Shown one piece after another: positions 53,102 to 64,000 of a DNA stretch of 64,000 bases (its first letter is position 1; every line of letters starts with the position of its first letter). The notes under the pieces were generated by a model, which saw only the letters and a program-made list of their open reading frames with translations, was not told where the DNA came from and ran no database searches. Both the position numbers and the translations under genes were made by a program. The stretch is from Octopus sinensis (Eukaryota), in NCBI RefSeq assembly GCF_006345805.1, contig NC_042997.1, positions 57,970,001 to 58,034,000 of the forward strand, in the 5' to 3' direction.

Positions 53102-53691
53102 TATACCTGATATCCTCCCATCTCCACATTCATGCACACATGTATATCATGACTCATATATTTCACTTTCCTGACATTTGTACATAATTTTATGTGCTAT
53201 ACATGACACTTTGATAAATTGTAGTGCACCTGAGCACTATACACAATAATTTCATTATTATTATTATTATGTAGATTGAAAACCTGTAAGATAATAATAA
53301 CCGTTGCATTTTATCCACTAGGTCATTTTTAGGTCAGTCTGACATTGCAAGTATGTTGTTTTGACTGTGTAATCTACATTAGTCTCCATTTCCTACTACT
53401 CTTAACCGTGCAATGAAGGCATTTCTGAGTACCCACTAAAGTATTCTGTAAATGCTCCAGCACACAAACACTTAATTAAAACTTGTTAAAAAGTGTAGTT
53501 GTATTGTAAGTAATTATTGTGTGTTCTGCAGTTGCTATTTGGAGCTATTTAAAGGTCAATAAACTAATGAAGGACTGATCAACCATTAATACATAGATAT
53601 GATTTTGAATAGTCAAATGCTTGTCTCTGCTTATGTACAAGAGCAAAGGATAAATAAATATTTATCTTTCACCCTTTGTTTCTATTTTTAG

Positions 53692-53859
53692 GGTACACTC
53701 CTGCTCATTATGCATCTGCCTGGGGTCAAGTTGCTGTTCTCAAAATCCTGACAGAGTTTGGTGCTGATCTTACAATAACTAATATCCGTAGTGAAAGCCC
53801 AAAGGATATAGCCCAACGTTATGGAAAAGTTGAATGCATTGACTTCATTGACTGGGCTT
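53692..53859 (+). CDS. ANKRD45: ANKRD45-like, exon 2
   Basis: TTTTTAG|GG ... GCTT|GTAAGA; GYTPAHYASAWGQVAVLKILTEFGAD...CIDFIDWA; phase 1-1. Confidence 0.9.
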
Positions 53860-54374
53860 GTAAGAAATCCTGTAGTTTTTCATATAAATTCTATGGGTTT
53901 TAATATAGGGGCTTCTTCTAGAACTTTAGAATGAATGTTTAAAAGTGTGTTTGTTTTATGTTTATCTATGCATGCATATGTACATGTATGTATGTTTATA
54001 TGTGCATGTCTGTGTATATATGTACAAGTGTACTCTTATCATAGTATGTAAGGTAAAGAGAGTGAATAAATATATGAGGGAGGGGGAAGAGAAAGTGGGA
54101 GAGAGAGAACGATGCTAATTCTAATGAAGCTAGCTGTAATAATTATTTCATTGTTGTTAACTTTTCATTCCTACAGGGATTGTATAGTACTGTATAATTT
54201 CAGATGCTAACATAAATTGTTATACGACGATAAGGTGATATTGATATTAAGTATATCAGTGTTTTTTTCTTTCTTTTTTTTTTTTTTATGAAAGATATCA
54301 GTTAAAATGGTGCAGCTAACGCTTGCTTTCATATTTAACCATTAAACAATTACATGACATATTGGTTTCAAATT

Positions 54375-54565
54375 TTGACATAAGACCTGCAATTTAGGGG
54401 AGGGGGTAAGCTGATTATATTTACCCCAGTGATTGATTGATACTTATTTTATTGACCTTGAAAGGATGAAAGGCAAAGTCAACCATGGCGGAATTTGAAC
54501 TCAGAACGTAAAGACATGAAATGCTGCTAAGCATTTTGCCCCATGTGGTAACCGCTCTGCCAGCT
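54375..54565 (-). mobile_element. tRNA-SINE family B
   Basis: Reverse complement of family B (GATGAAAGGCAAAGTC...GCCAGCTCACTGCC). Confidence 0.8.
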
Positions 54566-55845
54566 CACTGCCTTATAACATGACATACTAATACTCATTA
54601 CCTATACTTGATTTAATATGACAATAATGGTGACTTTCAGGCCATTGAGGGAGCCTCTACACAGTCACTTAGCCTCTTCTAGAAATAGTAAGCAGATATT
54701 TCTTAGATCATGCCCAGTAAATACTGTATCAAATTCTAGGACCCATATAGCTGTATCCAGTTTCCATGGTGCATAAGTGACCAAGATCACAACATTCCCT
54801 ATGAATAGGATACCAGTCCATCATAGGGTTACTCATTTACAGCTGAGTGAACTGGAGTAATAGGAAATGAAGTGTTTTACTCAAGAACACAATGCACCAC
54901 CCAATCTGGGAACCAAAATCTCACACTTTGTGATTGTGTGCAACACCATGAGACAATAGGCCACATACTTTCTTAAATCACAGCCTATTTTAGAAAATAA
55001 ATGCACATTGGATAATGTAATATGGAGTGGACTGGACAAACACAAGGTAGTTATTGCTGGAATGCATTTGATCATAAGTCTGCCCACACAGGATTAACCT
55101 GGGGCTAAACAACAAGATGGAAGCCTCTGTTTGGTTGCTTTAGTTGCTAGTTATAATGGACAGATCTTCTTCAAACCATGCTATAGAAAGACCATCATAA
55201 CCATCATTGTTGCCATTGTAACATGACCTGGAGATTATTGGGACAATACACTGTTCTGACTTAATAGCATTTTTCTGTGCCCTCATTCAAAGGAATTGAT
55301 GGCCACCGTAGTTGTGAATCTACTCCATATCTAATTTGATAGGATAAAAATGGTAAAATTGCTATTTGTATTCATCTTAGTTTGAAAATGTCTAGAGAGC
55401 ATTAATTAATTGAAAGCACCCTCACTGCTTGGCAAAGCTTTGCACACCTCAGCAAATTTATTATTTACTGTTTACACATAAGAATGGCAGTTTTTAGTGG
55501 GCTATGAATGACAGATTCTGTGTCTGCAGCTAACAATGCAAAAACACATATTATTTCATTCAAAGCTCAGCTTGGTGTTTTTACACACATTATTTATATG
55601 GAAATTATCTCTTCTAAGTCAGTCAACAGAGCAAAAGTTTTTCTGTTTTTGAGTGTACACGAACATGTTTAATATAAATGTGCATAGCTTTATTTTAATC
55701 ATATCACTGCTGTATGTATCTTTAATTAAATAGGATTTATGTTTGTATGAGTTAATTTTGTTTCTGAAGTAGGTTTGCTGATTTGTAAGTAAATATATTT
55801 CACTGTTGAAAATAAGTAATTGTAATTTAATGTTCTTGTTTTTAG

Positions 55846-55931
55846 TTGCCAAAGAAAGTCTTTTGGCCAGAATAAAAGCTATACAAGATGTACTTATTGA
55901 ACCAGAGAAAAAACCCTCTAGGGAAGAAAAG
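55846..55931 (+). CDS. ANKRD45: ANKRD45-like, exon 3
   Basis: TTTTTAG|TT ... AAG|GTAAGA; (F)AKESLLARIKAIQDVLIEPEKKPSREEK; phase 1-0. Confidence 0.85.
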
Positions 55932-55981
55932 GTAAGACAGAAGCAAAATATTTAAATATCCTTAGATTAGGTTTGAATGAC

Positions 55982-56946
55982 ACAGTTCTATATCTAAGAG
56001 ATGAGGAATTATGTACATTATTTGCATTTTTTACATTTGACAGATGTTGTTTGTTGTTAACACAATGTTTTGGCTGATATACTCTCTAGCCTTTGGGTTC
56101 TCATTCCTAAGGTATTTTCGATATTATTATTATTATTATTATTATTATTAGTCACTGCCTGGAATCGGATTCAGAATCTTGGGGTTAGTAGTATGCGTTC
56201 TTAACCACTATGCCATATGCCTGTGGGTAATTATGGAGTGAATTTTAGGGCTTATAAATCTAATATTTTTCTATCCTTCCTTAATACCAGTTACCATATG
56301 ATACTCATATCTGCACTCAGTCTGCTTAGGAGGTTGTTGTGTCCTAGCATATGTGCTGCTTCTTTTAGTTTTCATATTTTCCAGCGGTGTTCTCTGTCTA
56401 TTATTTTAACTTCATCCTACAGGGGGAGGTGGTCTCCATTTTTCCATACATGATCAACTATACTCGATTTTATCAATATCTCCTCATGTCACAGCTTTGT
56501 GATGTTCCTCTACTCTTATTTTGAGTGGGGTGGCATGTTTTGCCCTTACCATGGCTGCATGGGATGGAGTACTCACAGTTTTTGGTCATATTCTCTTCTA
56601 ATGGTGGTTTTACCCGAGGGAGATATTTGCAAAGTGTTGTATTACTCTTGAATACTGTCCTGATGTCATATGGGTTACATATCTTGAATCTTTTCAGAGA
56701 GGCCTTTCACATAGGGTAGACAGACTGTAGACAGTTTATTGGTTTCATCCCCTCTTTTCTTCATAATTGGTGTTGATTATTTATGTTCTTCTTCTTATTA
56801 TTATTCAGGTCACTGCTTGGAATCGAACTTGGAATCTTAGGGTGAGTAGCCCACACTCTTAACCACTACGCCATATGCCCATGGGCGTAGTGGTTAAGAG
56901 TGCAGCCTACTAACCCCAAGATTCTGAGTTTTATTCCAGGCAGTGA

Positions 56947-56988
<42 letters not shown>

Positions 56989-57135
56989 CATCGGAAAAAA
57001 AAATACCTTAGGAATGAGAACCCAGGTTCAAAATTTCCCCAAGACACCTGATGGAGGCTTGAGGGTATATCAGCCAAAACATTGTGTTAACAACAAACAA
57101 GATGAGGACAAATATTCGTCAAATGTAAATAATGC
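55982..57135 (-). mobile_element. Penelope-like element remnant with GIY-YIG fragment and direct plus inverted terminal repeats
   Basis: Minus strand: CEYSIPCS...KTCHPLKIRVEEHHKAV..GDIDKSSIVDHVW..GDH...EVKIIDREHRWK..KLKEA (GIY-YIG C-terminal region); terminal repeat units at ~55982-56225 (-), ~56795-56880 (-) and ~56884-57135 (+). Confidence 0.75.
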
Positions 57136-57401
57136 AACTAATGTAGTATAGGATGTTACCCAGGTACTCAACTAACAGTCCACTACATCTTATAACAGAA
57201 ACAGCTGTAAGCTAATGAAGTTCATTACATAACCTTTGTTTTTTTCCAGCATCATCATTTTTTCCTATTACCACTCTATACTCATCTAACATTGTGTTCT
57301 GGACCATATGTATATTGAGGTCTACACTAAGTTATTAGTCCCACTATGCCTAAGTGAAATATTAAGATAATATAATATGATATATATATATATATATATA
57401 T

Positions 57402-57495
57402 ATTTATTTTATAGAAGGAGCTTCTACAGGACTAGAACTGTTTCATTCAAATGAAACAGTTCTAGTCCTGTAGAAGCTCCTTCTATAAAATAAAT
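57402..57495. repeat. Perfect palindrome, 46-bp arms, 2-bp spacer
   Basis: 57402-57447 is the exact reverse complement of 57450-57495. Confidence 0.95.
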
Positions 57496-58419
57496 TAATT
57501 TACTCTGCTATGTATTGAGTACCTTATTTACTGTGGTTAACCCCGACTCAACCCGGGACCTACATATATATATACACTCATATTTACATGCACAATAAAT
57601 TTCAGTGATTCTTACCAAGTTATTCACTTAGAATGCAATAAGTTAGTTTTGGTCATAATTATTACAGCCATATCAACATATTTTCTGCAAAATAAATTTT
57701 AAAAACCAAGCAAGATTGTAAAACCAAAGTTAAAAGAAATACTCAGTGATAGAATTTTTAATGATTCCAATTTAATTTACCAATTGTTGACTCCTTGAAC
57801 AAGGAAACTCTACAGCCTCTTTGTTTATGCAGTCTCATGGTTCTTAGTTTAAATTTTGTTAGACTTAATCTTTTATATTCATTATCAATGAACTGAATAC
57901 CTTAATTTTATTGAAAGTAAAGATTGATATAACTATATGGTGTCACCTCCTATGCTGGGGTATTATTGAATGAAGAACATTTGGTTTGTTTTCAAGTTTT
58001 ATTTGTTTGATATTATTCCTTATATTTTAATCACCTAAACTTACCAGTATTCTGTAAAGTTTTATCTCTATATTTAATACTAAGCATAAACTTTAAACTT
58101 GAAATTAATCTGTATACTTAAAACAGATAGGTTCTAAAACTGAGTATGTGGGATCTAAAATTATTTTTGACTTCATGAAACAATGGTATATAAATGGTGC
58201 ACTATGTATGACTTGTATAGAAGATATATGTTAGTAGCAATGTAGAATAACATGGAAATTGTCTTAGTGATTAGAGGAATATAGAGAAATTAACCTGAAA
58301 ATTAGGTGGTAATATGGAAATTACCTTGCTCATTAAGTGACGGTGTAGGAATTAACCTGTAAAATTGTATTTTACCAATTTTGTGGCTGAAATAAATCCT
58401 GTTTCTCTCTTATCACCAG

Positions 58420-58578
58420 AACCTTATTATAAATTCTTGCAAAGAAAAACTGGCATGGGTTGAAAATACTCCTACAGCAACAACACAAGAATTCATCTCA
58501 CAGCAAGTTGCTTTGGATACTGCATTGTCTGCTGTACTATCTAAAGTTACCAAAAATCTGAATAAATCAACAGTCTGA
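58420..58578 (+). CDS. ANKRD45: ANKRD45-like, last exon
   Basis: TCTCTCTTATCACCAG|AAC; NLIINSCKEKLAWVENTPTATTQEFISQQVALDTALSAV...STV*; total CDS 705 nt = 234 aa. Confidence 0.85.
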   Translation, partial: NLIINSCKEKLAWVENTPTATTQEFISQQVALDTALSAVLSKVTKNLNKSTV

Positions 58579-59265
58579 GGGTGTACTATCCAAAATAGAT
58601 TCCTTTTCAGAGATTCCAGTTCACTCTGTTCTTAATATTATTGATTTGATTTATTATCCAGACATTGATAATGAATACTTGTTCATCAGCCAATTTATAG
58701 GGTTTCCTTTGTATTGGAAATAAATCAATGTTAATTGCTGATAGTTCAAAAAGACAAGAAAATTATTTATCAGAGGTGAGTAATTATATCTTAGACTACC
58801 ATTTGATACTTTTTCCTTTCTAATAAAATGAACATAAAATAACAGAGATATTATTAGTTGTTTAGGAAAACAAATCATCCAAAAAAAATTCATATTGATG
58901 TAACTAAGGTGGGAACAAATGAATAGCAGTTAAAAGGAATGGCAATAGAAAGGTATTTATAGAAAGAAAATATGTATAATGATACTTTTCCTATGTGTGT
59001 TTAAAGATCTAGTTCTCTTTGACTGTCATAGTGTCTTAGGATCATTACACTGAAATGGGGTCCTATTGCTTTCTCTAAGTAGGCATGTAAACTAAAGCTT
59101 ATGTAAGAAATAAGAGTTGTGGCATTTATTTGTTAATGAAAAGTATTAATAATGGAGAAATGAATATTAACAGCTGGAGATTGAAACCAAGCAATGTACA
59201 CACTTGGCTAGGAGTGCCCTTTATATTTAAATTTGTAGAACAAAAGATTTTCAGTGTATGCACAC

Positions 59266-59297
<32 letters not shown>

Positions 59298-59950
59298 ATT
59301 AATTTTAAAAATCAGAGAAAAATGAAAAACAAAAAAACACACAAACTTGAGGACATAGCACAAGCAAAATATTAATATGATGCTTGGAGAAGGAAAAGAG
59401 TAGTTATTTTCATTTTGAGCATAGCTCTTCTTCAGAAATGGTAAAGTCCAAAAGGCAAAGAAGGAAGGAAAAAAAAAATCGCCAATAATCTATGCGTGGT
59501 TATATTTTTGAAGTTATTGGAAGTAGAAGGACAAAGAGAAAGTGCTTTCTGGGACAGGAGAGTGTAAAGAATGCTGGTGCGTGTGCTGAAGGGCTGTTCA
59601 GGCTCCATGTCTGTTTTGGCATGGTTCCTATGACTGGATCCCCTTCCTTACGCTAACCACTTCACAGAATGTACTGGGTGCTTTTTATGTGACACCAGCA
59701 CTTACATGCCCATAAGATTAGGGATGCCCAGCTGGAGAGGGTTACAAGGGATGAGCCTGTATGCAAAGGCAACCATGCTTCATGTGTCTTTTCAAGCACA
59801 GCAAACTGACAGGTGTCTCGGTGCCCCATCATCCCCTCTGTGAGCCCCAACATTTGTAGATCCTTTCTCACCACTTTGTCCCATGTCTTCCTGGATCTAC
59901 CTCTTCCAAATGTTCTCTTTGCAATTAAATAATATATATACACATATAAA

Positions 59951-60114
59951 ATCACAAAATGGAGAAAACCTCAGATTGACTAACACATCAATTAGATTGC
60001 ATTTATAGCTTATTAATATAAAACATGCCATAACAAATATTTGTTGTCATGCTTTGTATTAATAAATAAGCTATAAATGTGTTTGTCAATCTGAGGTTTT
60101 CTCCATTTTCTGAT
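59951..60114. repeat. Imperfect 164-bp hairpin (MITE-like)
   Basis: AAAATGGAGAAAACCTCAGATTGAC pairs with GTCAATCTGAGGTTTTCTCCATTTT; inner ATTTATAGCTTATT/AATAAGCTATAAAT and ACAAAT/ATTTGT pairs; one asymmetric bulge. Confidence 0.8.
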
Positions 60115-61968
60115 TATTTGCATTGGTTCCTGATAAACTCTTGTGTATCCTGTTACTTGCACTCTATGTGCTTGGTGTGCCTGCACATCAAGGCCTGGAA
60201 ATAATACAGGTAATGGATAGCGATAGTATATATGAATATTTTATTCCTTAGTCGGTTGTTATAACTGCTAACTCTGTATATATACAGAAGCCAACAAGAT
60301 AACCTCAATGTGGTTGCCCAGCTTTGCTATATATAGCAGCTAAATCCCTCTCACATCGTATCTTACTGACTTACAAAATATATATTAGATAATGAAGACC
60401 TAATTTTATAAAAAATTTTAGTCAGGATGGAAGGCTGTGGTTATGACTCTTTACAGGGGTTCTGAGACAGTTGGTGTGGAGGGAGAAAGGAATACTGAAA
60501 CTGGAGTCCTGGCCCAAGTGCTTGCAATAGAGTGGATTCTGATGAGGCACTCAAGGTGAGGTGACAGTGATAAACCAGGCAATGGAGTAAGTCTATCACT
60601 TGAACTCAGAATACCAAGTGCTGGTAACACACTGTATGACAGAGAAAAAAAGTGCATCACAGCTGAAATACTTTTATGTCTATTTGGGGCTTCTGAGGCT
60701 AATCAACTGTAATTCATTTGCTGAAGAAAGGCAGACATTGATGTTTTTTTTTATGTCCTCACTGACTGATGCAATTGGTGTGGTTAATATTGTGTGTGAA
60801 ATTCTGTCAATTAATAACTGAAGGAAAAACAGACATGAAGACAGGTACAATAGGACACAGTTCTAAGAGAAAGATTCTGGAGCAAATCATTTAGTGAAAA
60901 GTTCAGGACAAAAAGATAAACGAGAGGGGGAGAGGCAGGTGACTTAAGTGAGCTTGGGTGGTGGTAATATGCATCTTGCTAGCTCAAAGGAATGGTGGCA
61001 GAAGAAACAAAATAGAGGTAGCATTGTATTAGTTGGCTATCAGTTGTGTGTTGGCAGGTCAGTCTTTGCCAATAAACCAAAAAGCATTTTTGTGTGATCT
61101 ACAATGTTTGTGTAATATAGCAGCGATACCATTTGATATTTGTGTGAAGTATTCTTGTATGAGTTACATTTGAGCTTTGTAAAGGATTAGTAACTGATCA
61201 GCACTTAAGTATTTTCTGGTCCTAAAAGTGGATATAGCTTTTTGGGTGTAGGTTTGGCAATATTATAGATGTAAGGTTACCATAGCAAATCATTAGAGAT
61301 TATGAGGATTTATATTTGATATGTGATACAAGTTTGAAAATAGAGGTACGTTCTGAGAAAGTTACAGGAAATTAGAAACATCATCGATATGTAATAAGAA
61401 TAATGTGGGAAGAAATATGTACTAAGATTTTATCAAAGCCAAAAATAGAAAAAAGTAAACTTGAACTTGGGTGTTAGATCAAATTGTAGAAAGTTGGTTC
61501 TTGCAGAGAAAGTGAGAAAGGAAACCTTTACTAATTTGTAATGTAAATTTACCTAAATTTGTAGCATAGCCATTTTGAAAAAAGTTTAGTATTCTGAAAA
61601 TATAGACTACTATGAGATAAAATATGTGTGATTCACCGGGAAAGCATTTAATTGTAATTATCTGCAATATATAAATAACACAGATTAGAGATAAAGCTCT
61701 TGATGAGCAGAGCCCATGATGTATGGTTGATGTCATTTAACCTAATTTATATTGTTAATATCTCTGGGAAGGGCAAACATGTAATCACACCATTTTAGTC
61801 TTTCAAAAGTTAAATCAAAATATTAACTTTAGAGATATGACCATTGTGGTTGTGTAAATAAATTTACTTGGCAACAATATGATTCCAAGTTTGACCCCCA
61901 CTATGTAACATCTTGTGAATCCAATTTGGTTGATGAAAGCTGTGCAGAAGCCTGTTGTATACATGCTG

Positions 61969-62147
61969 AAATGATGATGATGTTTATCAAACTGATAAGT
62001 TACAACACTGGTTTTAAGCAGTGAAAACATAAACTTAGATATGTCATCATCATCACAGATGTTAAATGATGATGATAATGTGTTTATGTTTGCACAGCTT
62101 AAAACCAGTGTTGTAACTTAGCAGTTTGATAAACATCATCATCATTT
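61969..62147. repeat. Inverted repeat, 66-bp arms (3 mismatches), 47-bp spacer
   Basis: 61969-62034 versus 62082-62147; bounded by (ATG)n/(CAT)n tracts. Confidence 0.9.
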
Positions 62148-64000
62148 AACATTCCCTTTTGCATGATGGTACATCAATAAAGTAGCAGACTGAAATAAGG
62201 GTGGTAGGGGCAGAGTGTTGATATGCTCAACTAAAGCTTTAAAAGGTGGTGCTCCAGCAAAGCTAAATTCCAATTTCAAATCAGTAAAAGAATCATCTTA
62301 TACGATGATCTTTCAGGCTTGCAAGATATAGAAGTTGATTTTAGATAGAAGTATAATGAAAAACAGTTCTAAATCTAAGGTTGCCAAATAAGAACCATTA
62401 ATATTCTGACAGAGGAATTACAAATCAACATGTACACATGAGTTTATGAACTGGTGGAGAAAGAAATTAAATTCATAGTCTGTAACAATGAATTTCTGAA
62501 TATAAGATCTCCAAGAAAATTAGTCAATTGATATATCAATTTTATACCCGATGTGATGGACAATGAATAAACTATAAAATTGCGAACTAAAGATAGACCA
62601 ATCTGAGAAAATATCCAAATGCAGTTAAGTAGAAAGGCTGTCATTGGATATATCAAAAGAAACTCTAATTTCCAAAGAACAGAATTATAAGTTCTCTTTC
62701 ATTGATCTATAGTTAATGGACAATTGTATTTAGATCAAGCACATATTTTGAGCATCAATTGATGTAATTCATAAAAAATATGTAATGAAATAAAAAGCAA
62801 TGTTTAATCCCTTAAGTTTTCATAAATATTTCTGTCCAATTTTGATGTTTTACTATTCCACAGCTGTTTTTGTTTCACATTTAGAAGTTATGTGACTTTT
62901 TAACAAATTTTGTATATTGAAACACTGAAATTTTTTTATATCAGAATTTCTGTAATGAAAAAAAAAAAAAAAACGAAACAAAGAGACAAGTTACCTATTT
63001 AAACAAATAATCAAATTTTTTATTGCTCCAGATTTTGGCTGGAAATGTTGGATTCTTCATGATTTATTGAATGTCCTGGATAGAGGAAGGTTTCATTTGT
63101 TCAGGATATATAATTGTTACAAGTATGTTCGAAGTATGAGTGAATACAGATTCAACCTGACTAATTGTAGGTTCTTAACTATACCAGATGTTGTATTGTC
63201 ATAAAGACAGTAAACATTAGTTGATTATAACAACCTATATGCAATGTCTTTACTGGGGGTACCTCATATAGTAAAGGGATAAGTAAATTAATTTTTCCTC
63301 AGCATGCATTTTAAAAAGAAATGAGTAGTTTGTTGCCTTAAATATCCAATAATGGTATGAGGTCATAATGTCAATATAGCCTCATACCATCATGGAAACC
63401 AAGTGATTGAAATTAAACTGACAACTGTTAAAAAGCTGCAAAAAATGTTCTTGGTAGGTGAAAAAACATTTGTGAGGAAGATCAAATTAGAAAATGTTTT
63501 TTGAAATGTTTTTCAATCAATATTTAAGACTGAAATCTATTCAACAAATTGTGAAGTTCTTTCTTATGAAGACAAACCATGAATAAAATACAAAGAATTT
63601 GTTATTTAATCTAAATAAGTGTCAAGCATTACATAGAAAGTTGTCAGTTTAGATTATAGAAAAAGTTTCACCATTTAAAATTGTGACAGTTCTGACAAAG
63701 CTATGACTTAAAACTGACAAGAAATATTTAAATAGTCACCTGCTCCACTGATTCACAGCTGAAGGTTAAGTGAAGTAACAGAAAGGGCAGAGTAAATACT
63801 CCCCCCATCTCCCTCCCAAATTCAAATTAGGTGAAGGTAGGTTTCACCTTTCAACATTGCAAGGCCAATAAAAGAAGTTATCACGAAACAAGACTGATTC
63901 AATTGATTATATTCCATCCCAACAAATTTCTGTCATTGTGCTAATATGAGTGCTATAGTTTCCTCGCTGCTTTTAATGTTATAAAAGTTTTAAAAATTAT

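Larger units (their letters stand above)
51355..53250 (+). mobile_element. CR1/L2-type LINE 3' remnant split by the mariner (51355-51806 and 53104-~53250)
   Basis: FASPVWNP...ETVQR and LFPLRVAEAWNKLPASVV motifs of the CR1/L2 RT C-terminus. Confidence 0.7.

Noticed and set aside
320-62656. The many 60-110-aa ORFs rich in YI, CV, HT or LS dipeptides
   Set aside because: They are translations of (TA)n, (TG)n, (CA)n and (CT)n microsatellites and SINE bodies, with no protein motifs.

Overview
AT-rich, microsatellite-rich eukaryotic genomic DNA, most likely from an octopus (inferred from its tRNA-derived SINE and RTE-tail families). There are no prokaryotic features, rRNA, true tRNA genes or CRISPR arrays. 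Two spliced plus-strand genes are recognisable: a universal stress protein (USP-domain) gene (3 firm exons at 33396-38505 plus a candidate first exon at 28864-28945) and a 4-exon ANKRD45-like gene (48778-58578). A third, unidentified multi-exon gene candidate lies at 13085-22416. The rest is transposon-derived: a mariner with one nonsense codon nested in a CR1/L2 remnant, older mariner/pogo/Tigger remnants, CRE, RTE and Penelope-like retroelement fragments, Helitron-like and MITE/foldback elements, and many SINEs. The most unusual features are (i) a 669-bp-arm near-perfect palindrome (29108-30457) whose junctions read as a template-switch inverted duplication inside a CRE retroelement, probably within USP intron 1, and (ii) head-to-head Penelope-linked repeats combining a tRNA-like Pol III head with a minimal hammerhead-ribozyme motif (40154-40608, 55982-57135). 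All calls were made by eye without database searches; repeat boundaries are approximate unless TIR/TSD are stated.
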